Notes: generated by a model from the letters alone, not told the origin. 64,000 bases of DNA from Marsupella aquatica (GCA_973895155.1 OZ316894.1:3744944-3808943), one strand, 5' to 3'; shown: positions 39,463 to 53,400, counted from the stretch's first letter. Numbers and translations: made by a program.

Positions 39463-42161
39463 TTAAGTTATTGATGGAAATTTCCACATAAAGGGCTTAG
39501 ATTTCCCATGCTCATCCCTATTCACTAGCATAGTCTTCATATCAAAATTTTGTGCTATTGGATATAGAAAGCACACATATGAGGCATATCTAGACGGAAT
39601 TTATTTAGATTTATTCTATTTAATTGTTTTTCATTTTCTTTGTTTTCCTATCTTCTTTAAACAGTGTTGGAGGGATGGGAGTGGTGTTGCTTTTTTTTTT
39701 TTTTTTTTTTCCTTTTGGGTTTCTGGAGTACATTTTTTCCCATTTGTGAATGCATGCAAATTGTTGTGGCAAGGTGATTCAACCTTGCACAATAGTTCTT
39801 TTTGCCCTCATTTGAACTTTATTTATTCTCTAAGGAACTCGGCAAAATAGCCACGTAACTTCGTACATTTTATTTTCTTTGCATTACCCATTCTTTGTTT
39901 GTAAGGGTTTTCCTTTATTGCTCCAACCATTTTTCTTTCCAACCCATTGGCACCTTACAGTTTTCCACCCAGAGTCTTTTGTGTTGACCTCTACATTGAT
40001 ACTACCTTGCCCCAGCTTTAAGTAGTAACTGGAAAATAACAAGGAGATCTCTCTTCAAGTAACCTCTGATCAACAATTACTACTCCATTGCCTTATGTGT
40101 AAAGAAAATGACAGAAAAATAAATTTAACTCAAGTTAGTTTGACGGTAGGAAAGAAATGACAAAAAAATAAATCTATCTCAAGCCACTGTAGTTTGAAGG
40201 TAGGAAAGGAAAACTGTGCATTGAAAGAAGAAAATACTGTCAGACATTTGGAGGATCATCATTTTCACCTAAAATTATTATTGAAAAACAAAGAAAATAA
40301 CCTGTGTTTAATTTGTTTTGAAGGCAGGAAAACAAAACGTGAGTTGAAGGAATAAAACATTCTGGGGTGGTGGTTGCTAGAAATGATCAGAGACTGACCC
40401 TTGCTTCAGATTAGACTCGGTCACTTTAGACTCACTCATCTCCTCAGCAGGATACCTGGCTTTCATATTGGACATTAAGCTCTGCCACTGGGGGAGGGGG
40501 CCTTGATGAGAAGAATCGATAGTCACCCAGCTTAACCTGCAGGCGGTCTACTTCTGCTGTTTTAAGGAATGTACTTCCTGATCTTGGAAAACCCCTCTAG
40601 GTAAGTTCAGACCAATGCACCCAATTAGACTGACTGGTGTTTCAGATTTGAAGCAGATATCATAATAACATCTCTCCCTTGCAGAGTAGAGCGCCTGGTC
40701 CGCCACTACTCCGCCTCACTGCAGCTGCTTGCTCAGCCGGGTCAGCAGGAATTTGGTACCTCTCAATCATCAGCCTTGAAATCAGATCTAGATCATTTCT
40801 GAGAAGGCAGAGATCATCCATCAAAATAGCCAGGCGTGCCTGTGCTTTGGCCCAAAATGGGTGATACAAAATAATGGCACTAACTGTCGACTGCTTGCTA
40901 GGCTCGTTGCACCCTGATGTGGGTTGAGGGAAGTCCTTAGGCATACGTACGTGTATCTAAATACTTTCTCAACAAAAGGAACTTCACTTCCTATGACATG
41001 ACGGCCAGGTACGAGCTCCTCTTGGTAAAGGCCCTACCGAAGTGCAGATAGTGTTTTGAGACTGCAGGACACGGAAAGCTGAGCTAGCCTTAAGAGTTTC
41101 TGACGTAAGGTATCCTGTTGAAGTGATGAATGGACAGAGTTTGTGATGTAAGTGATCACCTTGATAGACTTGATCCTGTATCAGGGTTATTACTTCGATA
41201 GAATCTCCCTTGAGAATATTGTGATTGCGTCACTCTGCTTCAATTCCACTTGCACGTGTAGTCTTCCCATACGCAAAAAACCGTTGTTTTGTGTGCAATT
41301 CAAGCCTACCCATACCATAATGCTTTGTTGAGAGCGGAAGATACTCAAATCAAGTATAATTGCACTTACGTCTTGACTATTCGTTTATTCATCCTATGAC
41401 TCAAACTTTACTTGCAATCCCCATTTACTTTTCCACTTGGAGCTCGACTGGAACTGGGCTTCAGGCTGATTCAATCTTGACCATGGGTGGCCAACCTCCG
41501 CGAGCAACTGGAATGACTCCGCAACAGCTCCACAGAACTAGTAGCCTCATAGTTCCCGTTCACTTTTCAAAGCTGAGAAACACCAGAAAAGTAGACAAGA
41601 TTCTGCAAAATGTTATCCTAAAATCAGAATCATGCAGAATGTTACAGCTCAAAATGTTGCCAGCCGCTTGAATTTGGACTATTTGTGATAAAAATGCCAG
41701 GAAGCCTTGTCTTCCATGCAGGAATCTGAAGAGAATGACCAAATTATCAGCCTTCGTGTCCTTTCCACCTGTCCTGTCATGCGGCATTTCCAAATACCCC
41801 TTGATCTGCTGCAAGCTGTTCCAAGGAATGACAGCTACCAAGTCTGCCATTCAAATATTCGAAATGAAAATCTTCTCACATTCTACGATAATGAGCTGTA
41901 GTCCAAGTCTTAACATAGTGACGACTCGGTAAGCGTGTGGGAAACCTACACCAATTCCCCTCAGTCCCAGTGACATCTTCCAGGGCAATTATGCCAGCAT
42001 AGAAAGTCACCCCAAAACGTAACTGATCCAACGTACAACGGATAGATCTTCCTACAGCAAATAATCTAAGACCTGCAGATATGGACACCACCGGTCAAGA
42101 CTTGACTCCAAAAACTCCAGGTTCAGTGGTGAACACCATTTCAAAGTACTGAGAAGTTCTT

Positions 42162-44018
42162 CTAGTCAGGCTTCCCTCCAAGCTCTACTCGGAGATTGTC
42201 ATATGGGTATTCACGAGGAGTCTGCCAAGCCAACAATTGACAATGAATTGTAGGCGTCAGGAGTCTGGTATACTTCCTAAAGAGATAAGTTCCAAAGGCG
42301 GGAATGAAAGACATGCCAAGATGATTAAGAAGCTTGTTCAGGGCTTCTGGACTGCAACAGATATCCATGCGCGAGACTAGACTCTGCGTAGTTGAGGATT
42401 TCAACACAATCCTTCTTACTTCAGACACTATCAGCGAAATTGAACGAAGACACTGATCTCAATAGCTTTGAGAATGGGGAGAAACTTTTGTGAAGATTTA
42501 TACCCATGGAATTTGGGATGCCTTGTCGTTCCAAGCAGCCAAGAATCCGAGAAAGGCAAAAAAGCCCAAACCCGCAGACAGCATTCCAAGAGCTTCATAC
42601 TGCAAGATAACATTCACAGCCAAATAACTGTCTTGTTGCCGAGAAATGATTATATTCCAATTACAAGCACGGATAAGTGGCAAGTGTTCAGGAGCCCAGA
42701 GTGTAAGACAACGGATGCAATTTGAACCTAGAAGAACCTTTCCAGAGCTAAGAAGGTTGTACCAGCTCTCACGAGCATTTCTGCTGGAAAAGATGACCAC
42801 ATAGCGCTCACTGTCCAGTTGACGAGGTATGACGACACCTCTGGCGTTTCAGGAGTGTCAATGATTCTCCAAGAGGCCAGGACTTTTTAGAATGCGCATC
42901 ACAGGTCAGACAAGAAGGTGACTCTATCAGGACATGTACCTTTCCCACCATTGGAGCCACGTCATCCAAACAAGGTTCAGGGGTAGGGCTTCCGTCGTCC
43001 CAAATGAGCTCCTCGTTTTCATCTAGCTGCACCCACAGAACATGACATGCAAAACTTAAATGAGAACAATGAACTCTAGGAACTGTCTTCTCATAATCAC
43101 CAAAAATATCTCTTTGAACGAGCTTTGCACAATCTATAGACAACGAAGATCTTCAGCAAATGCTTGAAACAAATGCCATGCATAGGTTACCAAGAATGCA
43201 CAATCTATAGACAACGAAGATCTTCAGCAAATGCTTGAAACAAATGCCATGCATAGGTTACCAAGAATAGTCATGATGCAAACGAAGGAAAAAAGGAAGA
43301 AATCAAAGAAAAAGACGAAAAGGAACAAGGAACGAGGAACAAGTTGAAGAAAGATCCGAAACTGGAAAAATTGGAGCTACAGTCACCCCCATTAAAACAG
43401 TACCAAACTAGCACATCCGGGGCCTCAACTTTGCTATAAACTCGGTCAGGGAAGCCAAGATAGTTGGAAATCTGGAAAGCTTCCCAATTATCGGACTCTC
43501 CTCTCCTTTCTTTAGACAACTTCTCTACCTCCCTGATTGCACGGCATAACCGCCTGGTGGCATTCGTGAGGTCGATCGGCCAGTATTAAACGAACCACAC
43601 CCAGAACTGAAAATTATTGAGACTTCTTCAAATTTCCATTCATGTTACTCAAATTTCCATTCGATTCATGCTCAGATCGAAAAGCGTTATGCGTAGGGAT
43701 TCTGAATAACCCTAGAAATGGGAAATGCCGGTCCGGCAAACGCCCTAACAAAATCTGAAGGAGAGGCACAAAAATACGGATAAGGCGATGCGATCCGGGA
43801 ATTCTCGCCAAGATCGACAGTCACATAGTTGGATAGAACACATCGACACTTGCAGTGTCGCTCTGTGATTCACTTACCGGAGCACTTGGAGCAGGTCCGG
43901 CGCCGACGGGAAGCCCAGCGCCTGCGCGGAGACGAAGCGAGGCGGAAACCTGCGATCGCAATCCTGCTCTTCGAATCAGACCTGTGAAATTCCTCGAAAG
44001 GCTCGTGCTGGAGGCCAT
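42162..44018 (-). CDS. NDUFB8: Mitochondrial complex I subunit B8 (ASHI), 4 exons
   Basis: MASSTSLSRNFTGLIRRAGLR..LRLRAGAGLPVG presequence; LDENEELIWDDGSPTPEPCLD; YEALGMLSAGLGFFAFLGFLAAWNDKASQIPW; TPREYPYDNLRVELGGKPD-stop. Confidence 0.9.
43128..43268 (+). repeat. ~70-bp perfect tandem duplication in an NDUFB8 intron
   Basis: GCACAATCTATAGACAACGAAGATCTTCAGC...GGTTACCAAGAAT occurs twice. Confidence 0.9.
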
Positions 44019-44047
44019 CTTTACTCCCTTTCTGTGACTCCGCTCGT

Positions 44048-44090
<43 letters not shown>

Positions 44091-44318
44091 CTCGACGATT
44101 TCTCGAAGAATATGAAGTGCAGAGTTGCAGGGGTACAGCCACCCTACAAAACAATGATATATCAGAGTAATACTCGGATAGACCACTCCCTTGAAGTCAC
44201 CATTGTCTTGGACCATTCCACCCAATTTTAATCTGACAATCCAGAGAGTAATACTTGGATACACCACTCCCTTCAACCATGCGCCAGATCTGCTCATAAA
44301 AGTATGGGATTACCTTAA

Positions 44319-44427
44319 ACCACCAGTGTCCACCAGGTTCCAGGTTCAGGAAGAACAGAATAGAGCACCTTTTTACTGTTTTGACCCCATTTTTGGTTTA
44401 TTTTAGTAACCTGGATCCACCAGGTTT
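44319..44427 (+). mobile_element. Terminus of a related Kolobok-like element (right-end type)
   Basis: TTAA followed by ACCACCAGTGTCCAC (12/15 match to the TIR); 44408-44427 is the exact reverse complement of 14863-14882. Confidence 0.6.
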
Positions 44428-45877
44428 TGCTTCTGAGAGGTGGCTATTTCAGGTCATGTGTTCACTTATTATGGTACTTGCCTCCTTATTTGTCTCCATC
44501 ATGTGTAGGTTTTGACATATCTTTCAGGCCATGGCTTCATTTATTATGGTCCTTGCCCTTTTATTCCTTTCCATGGGTAGGTTTCAATTTCTCGTTATAA
44601 CCCCTAAGGTCTCTGTGCAGAATTGAGCTTGACAAACACAAAAGCAATGCCAACAGGTGCAATCATATCTGAACACAAGACCTGAAAATATGATAAAATA
44701 TATATGGTTTCCTTTACAAGTATAAGCTTTTCTATATTTCTCCCCAAACACGCAGGTCGCCATATGGTCACCCTATATCTTGTAAAGGAATCCATACACC
44801 CTTAATCCTATACTTTACAAACTATAGGGCCTTAGTGCAAAGTTGAGAGTGGTTAACACAACAAATATGTGAGAACTTCCAATCATAAGTGAACACTGGC
44901 CCTGAAAGTACAACAAAATTCATACGGTCTCTTTTACAATTACATGGTCGCCTAATGAATTTCCTTTGGGTGTCAATAAGTGGTGACAACAAAATGAGTC
45001 TCCTTTTGTTTCCCAGAAGAGTCTGTGTTAGTTCTCCATTGCCTGGCTAGAGTCATAGTGTAGAGGCTTTACTCTAGACAATACCCCTTATTTTAGCTTC
45101 TCTTCACAACTACAGTATATAGTTAGATAGCATTTTCTCTTTGTAAAAAAATCAGTTCTGCAGTCCATGTATTTTCTGGATCATCTAGGTTGTGCTGGCA
45201 TCCATTCAGACATTTTGGCAAACATGGTCCATGGGGGCTTCAGTTTAGACTAACAAGTAAAGCCAAATACTTGTTTGTATCAAAATGGACTTTCTTAACT
45301 CTAAATCTGTGTAAAATTAACCATTGTCTGATGCGGTAGCCTAACAGGAACCGCAACCATGGTTAACATGCCAAAGTACCACTCAAGAACTACTGGTGAT
45401 GACATTGTTAATAGCGTCTAACCAAGTCTATAGAGAACTTAGGGGCCAAAAAGTCAGCCTCAATAGGTCCACTTTTGTGCCCTAGAATCTAGTTTTCTGC
45501 TCACTCCAATAGCAACACTGCATTCATGCATTGCCAAAACTCACTCTGCAGCCTATTTAGATCTTCAGCTGTCATGAAGTTGTGTGAATTTGGCTGCCTT
45601 CTAGTGGCACTAGTGCTTCCTGCTGGATGGAGTGTCTCTCTGGAGGTGTGCATAGGTGCTACCAGGATTTCCTGCTATGAGTCACTATGGCCGGCATATC
45701 TCAGAAGATTGTCTGGCTGGAGCAATGCGCATGGGTTGAACAACAGGAGTAGTACCAACTGAGTTTTCAGTGATTGTTAAATTCTGATTTTGATATCTTA
45801 CTATCCTGTACATTACAAACTATAGGGCCTTAGTACAAAGTTGAGAGTAGTTAACACAACAGATATGTGAGAACTGA

Positions 45878-46050
45878 AGTGAAGCTAGAGTGGCGTCTAG
45901 GCTTCTAGAGTGAACCTGCAAGTGAAGCTAGAGTGAGACCTAGGCTTCTAGAGTGAAACCTGCAAGTGAAGCTAGAGTGGAATCTAGGCTTCTAGAGTGA
46001 AACCTGCAAGTGAAACTAGAGCGGAGTCTAGGCTTCTAGAGTGAAACCTC
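45878..46050 (+). repeat. ~42-bp tandem repeat, 4 units
   Basis: AAGTGAAGCTAGAGTG..TCTAGGCTTCTAGAGTGAAACCTGC repeated. Confidence 0.9.
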
Positions 46051-46178
46051 TAGACCATAACTCTATGGCCCCACCATGTGCATGGAAAGAAGCATGGACA
46101 TGATGCATGTCAAATGATGAGCATGAATGCTTTTAGCCATGGTCACTATTTCCATTCAAAGAATGGGCAATCAGGCTC

Positions 46179-46303
46179 CTGTAGATACTAACCCACTTCA
46201 GAAGGAGCTCTTCACCTACTGATTTGTTAGTATAACAGTCTGTAGATACTAACCCACTTCAGAAGGAGCTCTTCACCTACTGATTTGTTAGTATAACAGT
46301 CTG
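46179..46303 (+). repeat. 61-bp perfect tandem duplication
   Basis: CTGTAGATACTAACCCACTTCAGAAGG...GTATAACAGT occurs twice. Confidence 0.9.
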
Positions 46304-48807
46304 CACTAGCCATGCACAAATTATGACATGCGAGAGCTTTTCACCTGACTTCAAAGTTAGCTCCTGGGCTCGTTGTAGAGAAATAAAGACCTGCTGACCG
46401 TATATTCTGAAATGGTCTATCTTCGCGAAGTATGTCTTTCGTTCTCAACTAAATTTATTGTATAGAATAACAATAAAGAGGCTATTGGATTTGGCAGACA
46501 CCTATACGGCTGAACATGTGCCATGTGTCCCAAACCCTTCCTTCATGCAATGTGCACCTTTGCACTAAAGAGTGATCTGACCAACATAATGTTCTGTATA
46601 TTTTCTTAGTGAATTTGTCTGCTTTGTTTTCTTCCTGACCAAAGGGGGGCTGTTTGTTCATATTTATTGACTTGGCCCAAACTTAGTCATCGGCTTATCT
46701 TTCCTGTATTTGGGAATTGAAAGGGTAACCCAAAATTTGTGCGTACACTGATATTGTGTCAATCAAGAAGCAAGTCCTCTGGGCCAATGTGGCTCAACTA
46801 TACGAAAACTTCCAGAGCTGATTGCATGCGCACCAGAACATCAGGCTGATCTGAACTAGATTCTAAACATTTCATGGACTTTCTGGGCATCGTCGAGAAT
46901 TTCATCAGCGTCAGGACGCTCAGGATGAATGAGAATGGCATCACAGGTACAAGGCTGGAGAAATGACTCACTTGCTCGCATACACAAATCTACAGATCAA
47001 AAAGGGAGGTTAGGATGCAGTCAGGCTATCCCTGGGACATTCACGAACATCTCCGAAGCCATCATGCTGATCTATTGCTACTTTTGGGCAGGACAGGTGC
47101 TACAAATTCTAGCAAATTGCAAACTCCAGTCCAAACCGCAGTCCAACCGCGGATCCAAATGGTCCAGGTCTTAGCTGGACCGTCATCGCGCAAAATTCTT
47201 TCTTACGAGGATATGCTGGGTCCAGTCCAAAGCGCAGCCCAACCGCGGATCCAAATGGTCCAGGTCTTAGCTGGACCATCGTTTCGCAAAATTCTTTCTT
47301 ACGAGAATATGTTGGTATGATGAACGTACGGAGCTACACAGGCAATATGATACAATGATCGACGACGTACGGAGGTACACAGGCCTGATTGATTGACGGT
47401 CCCATATATCAGTGACAATAATAAGCGTCGAGCGCAATCAGTCTTATCTTGCTAGCTGTAAGGCTGTAAGCCTTTACCATATCATACTGAAAGACTGTCT
47501 TGGTCACTGTTGAAGTTGAGCTGCGAATTTGCGATACTGCCCGGCCTCAGAAATACAGCTACCAGTCAGATGAATCAAGGCTCGAATCCTTTTCCTGCAC
47601 AGACTTTGAAAAGCCAGTCGGCAGTTTCGGAAGCCTACTATTCGCTTAAAGTTGGTGGCTTCAATCATTACACGCAAATGTCTAACTACATGACAAGGAC
47701 TTCTATAGCATAATGGCAAGCACTTTTGCCCCAGGTGGGCTTCATATATAGGTTCCATCTTGATGAGCTTCCTGGGCCACGTCCTCAAACCGAGTTGCGA
47801 GACCCTTTAAGTTTGAATAGATTATTATGTGTATTAAATGAAAGCATGTGATGTGCAATGCTAGTGCTGACATCCGTATTACCGCTTCACTGAATTCTGT
47901 GCAAAGTAGTCTCCAAATATACCATCCATTTCGCATCAAACACTGCAGCCGGTGAGTTTGGGTCCTCGAGTCAGACTGGAGGTGCTAGCTACCTGAATCG
48001 CAACGCCATCACTGCCAATTGAGATTCTGGTGAAAGAAAGAGCAAAGAAAGAGCAAAGAAAGAGTATAAGAAAAGCGGTTCACGAAGCTCTTGCAATATT
48101 TTGATCTTTACCAACTCTGAATGAATGAAAAGTATTCTGATACTCCATACTGAGGACTTTTGCTCCAATTCAGTTGCCAAGAAGGACAAGCAGAGACTTT
48201 TCGACAGTGAAGAGGATGGTTTCTCTTGGATTTCAGATCAATGGCCAAGCCAAATACATACGAATTCCCATTCCCGGACGCTTTTCACTTTGGGCAATTC
48301 CAAAGCTCCACTGGGTTCAGGATGCTCTTGCATCTTTACCGGTTCTGTATGGGTGCAAAGCAAAGTTTTGATGCCCTTTAATATGACAACGCATTCCACC
48401 AATTCAATTAAAATGGAACCCAAGATAGAAGTAACAAAAATCAAAGAGATCAAGCTCAAGTGAAACAGTTATATGAACTGTTCAAATATGTTTATTCGTT
48501 CCAATGTCAACATAATGGCAGTGCGACAAATGAGATCAACTATATTGTTGAAATGACTAAGAAATCGTATCCATTCGTACTAAATTCCACAGTAAGCACC
48601 ACTCGTAGGTACAGCCGCCTTCCTCTCTAGGCGGGAAACTGATAGTAGCGAAGACCATTATACTAGATCATTTTCTCGAGATGTAAATCCCTACGATTAA
48701 ATTCAACTTCCTCCTCCGCCTTTACCAGACAACAGTCCACCTAGCTGACTAATATGTCGTACAAACGAATCTTGAAAGTACAAAATTCTCCCTCAGGATG
48801 TTTCAGG

Positions 48808-50442
48808 TCAATCCAGAAGCTTGGTGCATGTGGCGATTCCTAAAGCAGCAGCAAGATGCCAAGCAGCATGAATATAGGGGGTCTGAGTCATAACATCATC
48901 TGCCACGAAGAGGACACCTCCAACTACAGATGACAGTTTGTGCAAGCTGTGCGCTCGCCTAAGTTTAGGTTCACTCATCACCCTTTGAGAAAACGCCGCC
49001 TACATGCAGATATGAACCATCATAGAAATCAGATTAGTGCAGAAAAGAAATGACAGAAATGCGTGCAAAACAACCATCGATAACAATATGTGACTCTGGG
49101 AATCGTTCCAGGGTAATGGGACCAACCTCTATCATCCCTGTGTGTAATAGGGTGACCAATGTCGGTTGAAAAGGTATGAGAAGCGCTGATGCCAGCATCA
49201 AACCCCTCGGCCGCTCACCCCTAACTGCCGAGTTCAAGCACTGGAAAGGAAGTATTGCCACCAAATTACATCAGCCCATCAATCTAATTAGACACCTAGC
49301 ACAGGACAGTAAGCTTTGGGAGCATTCAGCACAGTTTTCGCACTAAGTTTGGCCTTTGAAGTGAGAAAGAGATACTGCTCTTAGCGAATTCTAAACAAAG
49401 GAAAGACATGAAAACTATGAGGTTCATGTAAGGGATGCACTATTTACCAAACTTGAGAAGGCAATCGTTGCATAATCACCGAATCTAAACACCTTTCGAG
49501 CTTCCCCTCTAGATACATGGTACAAAGTTGACGCCACGCCAACGCCCACCAGTGAGTCTGCGTATAACCTTGCTGCCGGCTTCGTCCTGTAAATAAAACA
49601 GGCCAGCAATTAGTCTGTCTAAGCTGCTGTGACAGTCCACCGATTCTTTAGAAAGAAATGGCTTCTGGCCGATTAAAAGTCAGCCTGGTAGTTTCCGTTC
49701 CGAAAGAACGGAATTCAAAAACCCTGATTTCCGACAATGGGACTGTATCAGTGACCAACCTTGGAGCCTGAAGTCCGATGGCAATGAAAGGCATTGAAGT
49801 TGCAACGTTGACTATGGTCTCCAAGATTGTTCGATCGCCTGCTGAAAAGCAAATAAACAGAGTACGATGTACGGGCTATAAATATATCTGACCATTTCGA
49901 TTCAAAGAGACTTCACTTCACCCTGCCTCTTCCTTTGCAAGTCAACAAAACCATAATGAAAGGAAATCAACCGTTTTGTCCAGATAGAGGTTGAAAGTGC
50001 TGACCACAGCCTGAACAATCCAACACTCTTAGCCAACTTGGGCGTGAGTCCCACACAGCTTTCCATACTGGCAGATCTTGCTTCAAAGGGAATTCCACAT
50101 CGGTTCCGCTAGTGCTGGATTTTCTGGGAGAGTTCAGCAGAAATGTTAGCTCTCTAATACCGGTAAACTGTATGAGCCATCCAATACATTTGCATTAAAA
50201 CTTGTGGAAAGTTATCGTCACGGATTGCGTTTTACCGAAGGCAAACCGCAGAACCTCTATTTCAAAGGGCCAGAGAGTTGGTGATTGACAAGGGCAACTC
50301 ACCTGGAATGAAATCCACAACGATGTTCTGATTCCTCCTCTGAGGTACTCTCAAGCTGGCGGCCATTGATCAATCTCACACCCTGGAGCTCAGCTAGCAT
50401 CCTCGCTGAAGAACTCGGATAGTGGACGGTTGAATTCGCCAT
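48808..50442 (-). CDS. Multi-pass membrane protein with CREST-like (alkaline ceramidase/PAQR-type) motifs; ~6 exons
   Basis: Spliced: MANSTV...; GDRTILETIVNVATSMPFIAIGL; SLVGVGVASTLYH...FGDYATIA; FQPTLVTLLHTG; TPYIHAAWHLAAALG-stop. Carries the SxxxH / D / HxxWH metal-ligand pattern. Confidence 0.75.
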
Positions 50443-53400
50443 GGTGTTGTAATTCGGAACAGAGGGAGAAGTAATCGCTCGTTTAGAGCAGGATCCGGTT
50501 CACTTCCGAGTTAAGGTATGAAGGCAACTGCCTTCCTCCTTGCGTAAGGAACTGCGTCGAAGCCGCAAAGTGACTCCAACCCTTTTACTCCAATTGTACC
50601 CATTGTTGTGATCCGAGACTCCACGACTGAACTGCGCTGAAAACAAACATGTTCTTTGGCAAAAAGGGGCTAGAGCAAAATGCGAGTATCACTGATTCAG
50701 AGTAAGAACAAATCCATGAATTATGATGGCTTTACTGTATAACCTCCTACGGCTGCACCCTTTGGGAGCATTCGATCTCCTAATCCCTTGTTCTGATTCG
50801 AACACTAAAATTCGCCTTGAAGCAGAATGTGCACTTCTGAAAGGGGAATGGACAGAAGGCAATTCTCTCATGCTTGACGGCATTGAGACGGAGACTGACT
50901 CTGGAAAGGACCATCTCCGAATTTAAAAACAAATGTGCAGAAAACGGGCTAAGAAAAATGCCTCAACACTCCATACTCGCCACCCAACAACGTTGACAAA
51001 TACATATCATTTGTCTTCCAAACCTAAATTGAGCCCAAATTCAAAAAACTAGACAGGAACGGTGCCTTTCACAGTGCGGTGACGTCAAGGATACGAATCA
51101 ACAGGTTGATTATTATATCCCTCTTGAGCAGAACGAAAGGGGAACAGATAAATCCGTGCCCCTAAACATCTCTAACAATTAGGTCACGGGAGGGGTAAGC
51201 TGAAGTACTGTAAGCACCTTGAACGGAAATGTGCGCATCATCAAGATGAAGAAAAGGACAGGTCAGCAGCAAACAGCACCCGGCACCAATCTTCCACTGT
51301 CGTTGCTGGTCCTCCCGCAGCCTTCTCGTCCATAATGCCGTCTCCTCAAGTTCCCAACCCAACCAAAATAAAACCTCGATGGGAACAATTGTACGGCAAT
51401 CCGTCTCAATGGTTCATGTACATCTACAACCACATCACCACCCCACAAACACTCGGAACACCAATGGTCTCAACTAGTTTGCAACCTCAGAAACCTAACG
51501 TAACTACTTCCGTAAATCTGCATGCCCTGTCAAGCGTGCTTGGAAGTCCTCCGCAGCAAAAGCAGACATATGTTCCGGGGTGGACTGAGCCTCGTCTTCG
51601 TCAGATAGAAAAAAAGACTCTGACCCAAACCAAGACAACCCAAAAACACCTCCAAATCTCGATCGCTCAACGCAAGCTGGTTAATGTGCGCTACAATTCC
51701 TGTCAAGAGCTCAACAGAAGCCTTTCCGTTGGTCCTCGCCTCCTCACCAGACCGACAGAGCCCACAACTGCCCAGTGTCGGATTTCCAAAACAAGCTGTG
51801 ATCTGCACTGCAATTCGCCACGAGAACAAGAGTGGAGGAGTTGTTTCCGGAGCTCTCCTCTCCTCCTCTCTCCTCTCCTCTGATCTGATCTGATGTGCAG
51901 ATCTTGCGAGTTGCAGAATGCAGAGGGCGAGGGACATGCTCTGCGCCACGAGAGGAGCGAATTCCTTTGCCACGAAATCGAGCTGTGCCGTAGACAGGGC
52001 AGAGGGGCAGACCGGGCAGGATGTGTTTGCGGTAGGCTAGATTCTGCCGGGTGCGGGGATATTCCTCCTCTGTCGTTTCCGCTCTACCGGACTGGCCGGT
52101 GGAGGATCGCAAGGGCATCTCCATCTGGAGGTCTTACATTAATATTTTAATTTAACTTATAAAGTAAGCTCCTTGTGTCTACTGTCTAGACACGAATATC
52201 TTATTGATAAGACACAATCAAAACTAAGCTACTTAGTTGGGCCTAGTGTCTAGAGTGGAGCCTCTAGATTGTGACTCTAAATGTGTACATATGTCTACTT
52301 AGAGTGAAGCTTGGGCTTAGGCCTACTGTGTAGAGTAAAATTTACTTAGGCTGTGACTCTAAATCAAAAACTATAATGCAAGGTTGTGTTTTTTTAAATG
52401 GTGATAGTCTTTCAAATTTGGCGGGGCATTTTGGGTGAACAAAAAGGTTGCAAAAATTGGAGGGAATGTGAATGAATGTGAATGAAAGAGTGAATGAATG
52501 TGAAGGAAAGAAGAAGAAAAAAATGTCTTTGGCAATAGGATCAAGTGCTCCTCTCTCTACCACCTATGCATAATCAAGAAGTGCTACATTCTCCATAGGG
52601 TCTCATGATGTCCTATGGAATATTGACAGGAGCTTAATTGAAGGTATTACATAGTAGGCACGTAGTGTACAGTTGTAATCAATGAGAGAAAAAGGAGACC
52701 AAGAAAATTTTAAAAAAAGGAGAAGATTAGGGTTAGGGGAAAAGGAGAAAAAAAAGGGAAAATGATAAAAACAAACGAAAAGCACCATTCTCACTTTTAC
52801 ATACTTTGGTGGTAATTGTCAACTCTCTTTTGTGCCAGGACATCTTTTACTTGATGACCCTTTTTATGCAATGGGATCTTTTCAGCAAACAAAATCTTTC
52901 ACTCAAAGAGATCTTTTGCACCAAGATATTTTTCTCATTCAACTAGATCTTTTGCACAATGCCATATATTACGCATTGACATCTTTTGCCAAACAATATC
53001 TTTTAGTAAACTACATCTTATGCGTAATGATTTCTCTCACGTAAAGTCGTAGAACTCGACTACCTTGACACTTAGCTCCGGCGTCGCTGACTCCAACGTT
53101 GAGCTCCCTCATGGTCCGGGCCCAAAACGGCCATCCGGGGAGGACTTAGCATGGGGAGACCCCGGGGGAGACTTGTGAGCAATGGGGTGTGGCACTGGCG
53201 AAGGAGGCATTGAGTTGGGGACACACACTAAGGACTTAGACTAGCTGAGGGCTGGTCGGATCAAGGTGAAGGGGTCGGGCTCAAGGTCAACCATCTAGAC
53301 CCCTAGATGGACTTTGACTTTTGAGGGCTTGAGTGAGAGCACCTCTTGGACCCAAGGCCAATTTATGGAGTTAACTCCATGGGCAATGGACGCTTGGGGC

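Noticed and set aside
46870-47320. Possible His/Cys-containing ORF remnant
   Set aside because: Interrupted by stops, partly generated by a 95-bp duplication, and no family is recognisable.
51335-52150. Several overlapping 70-180 aa ORFs on both strands
   Set aside because: GC-rich probable 5' leader/promoter of the CREST-like gene; no coherent protein signal.
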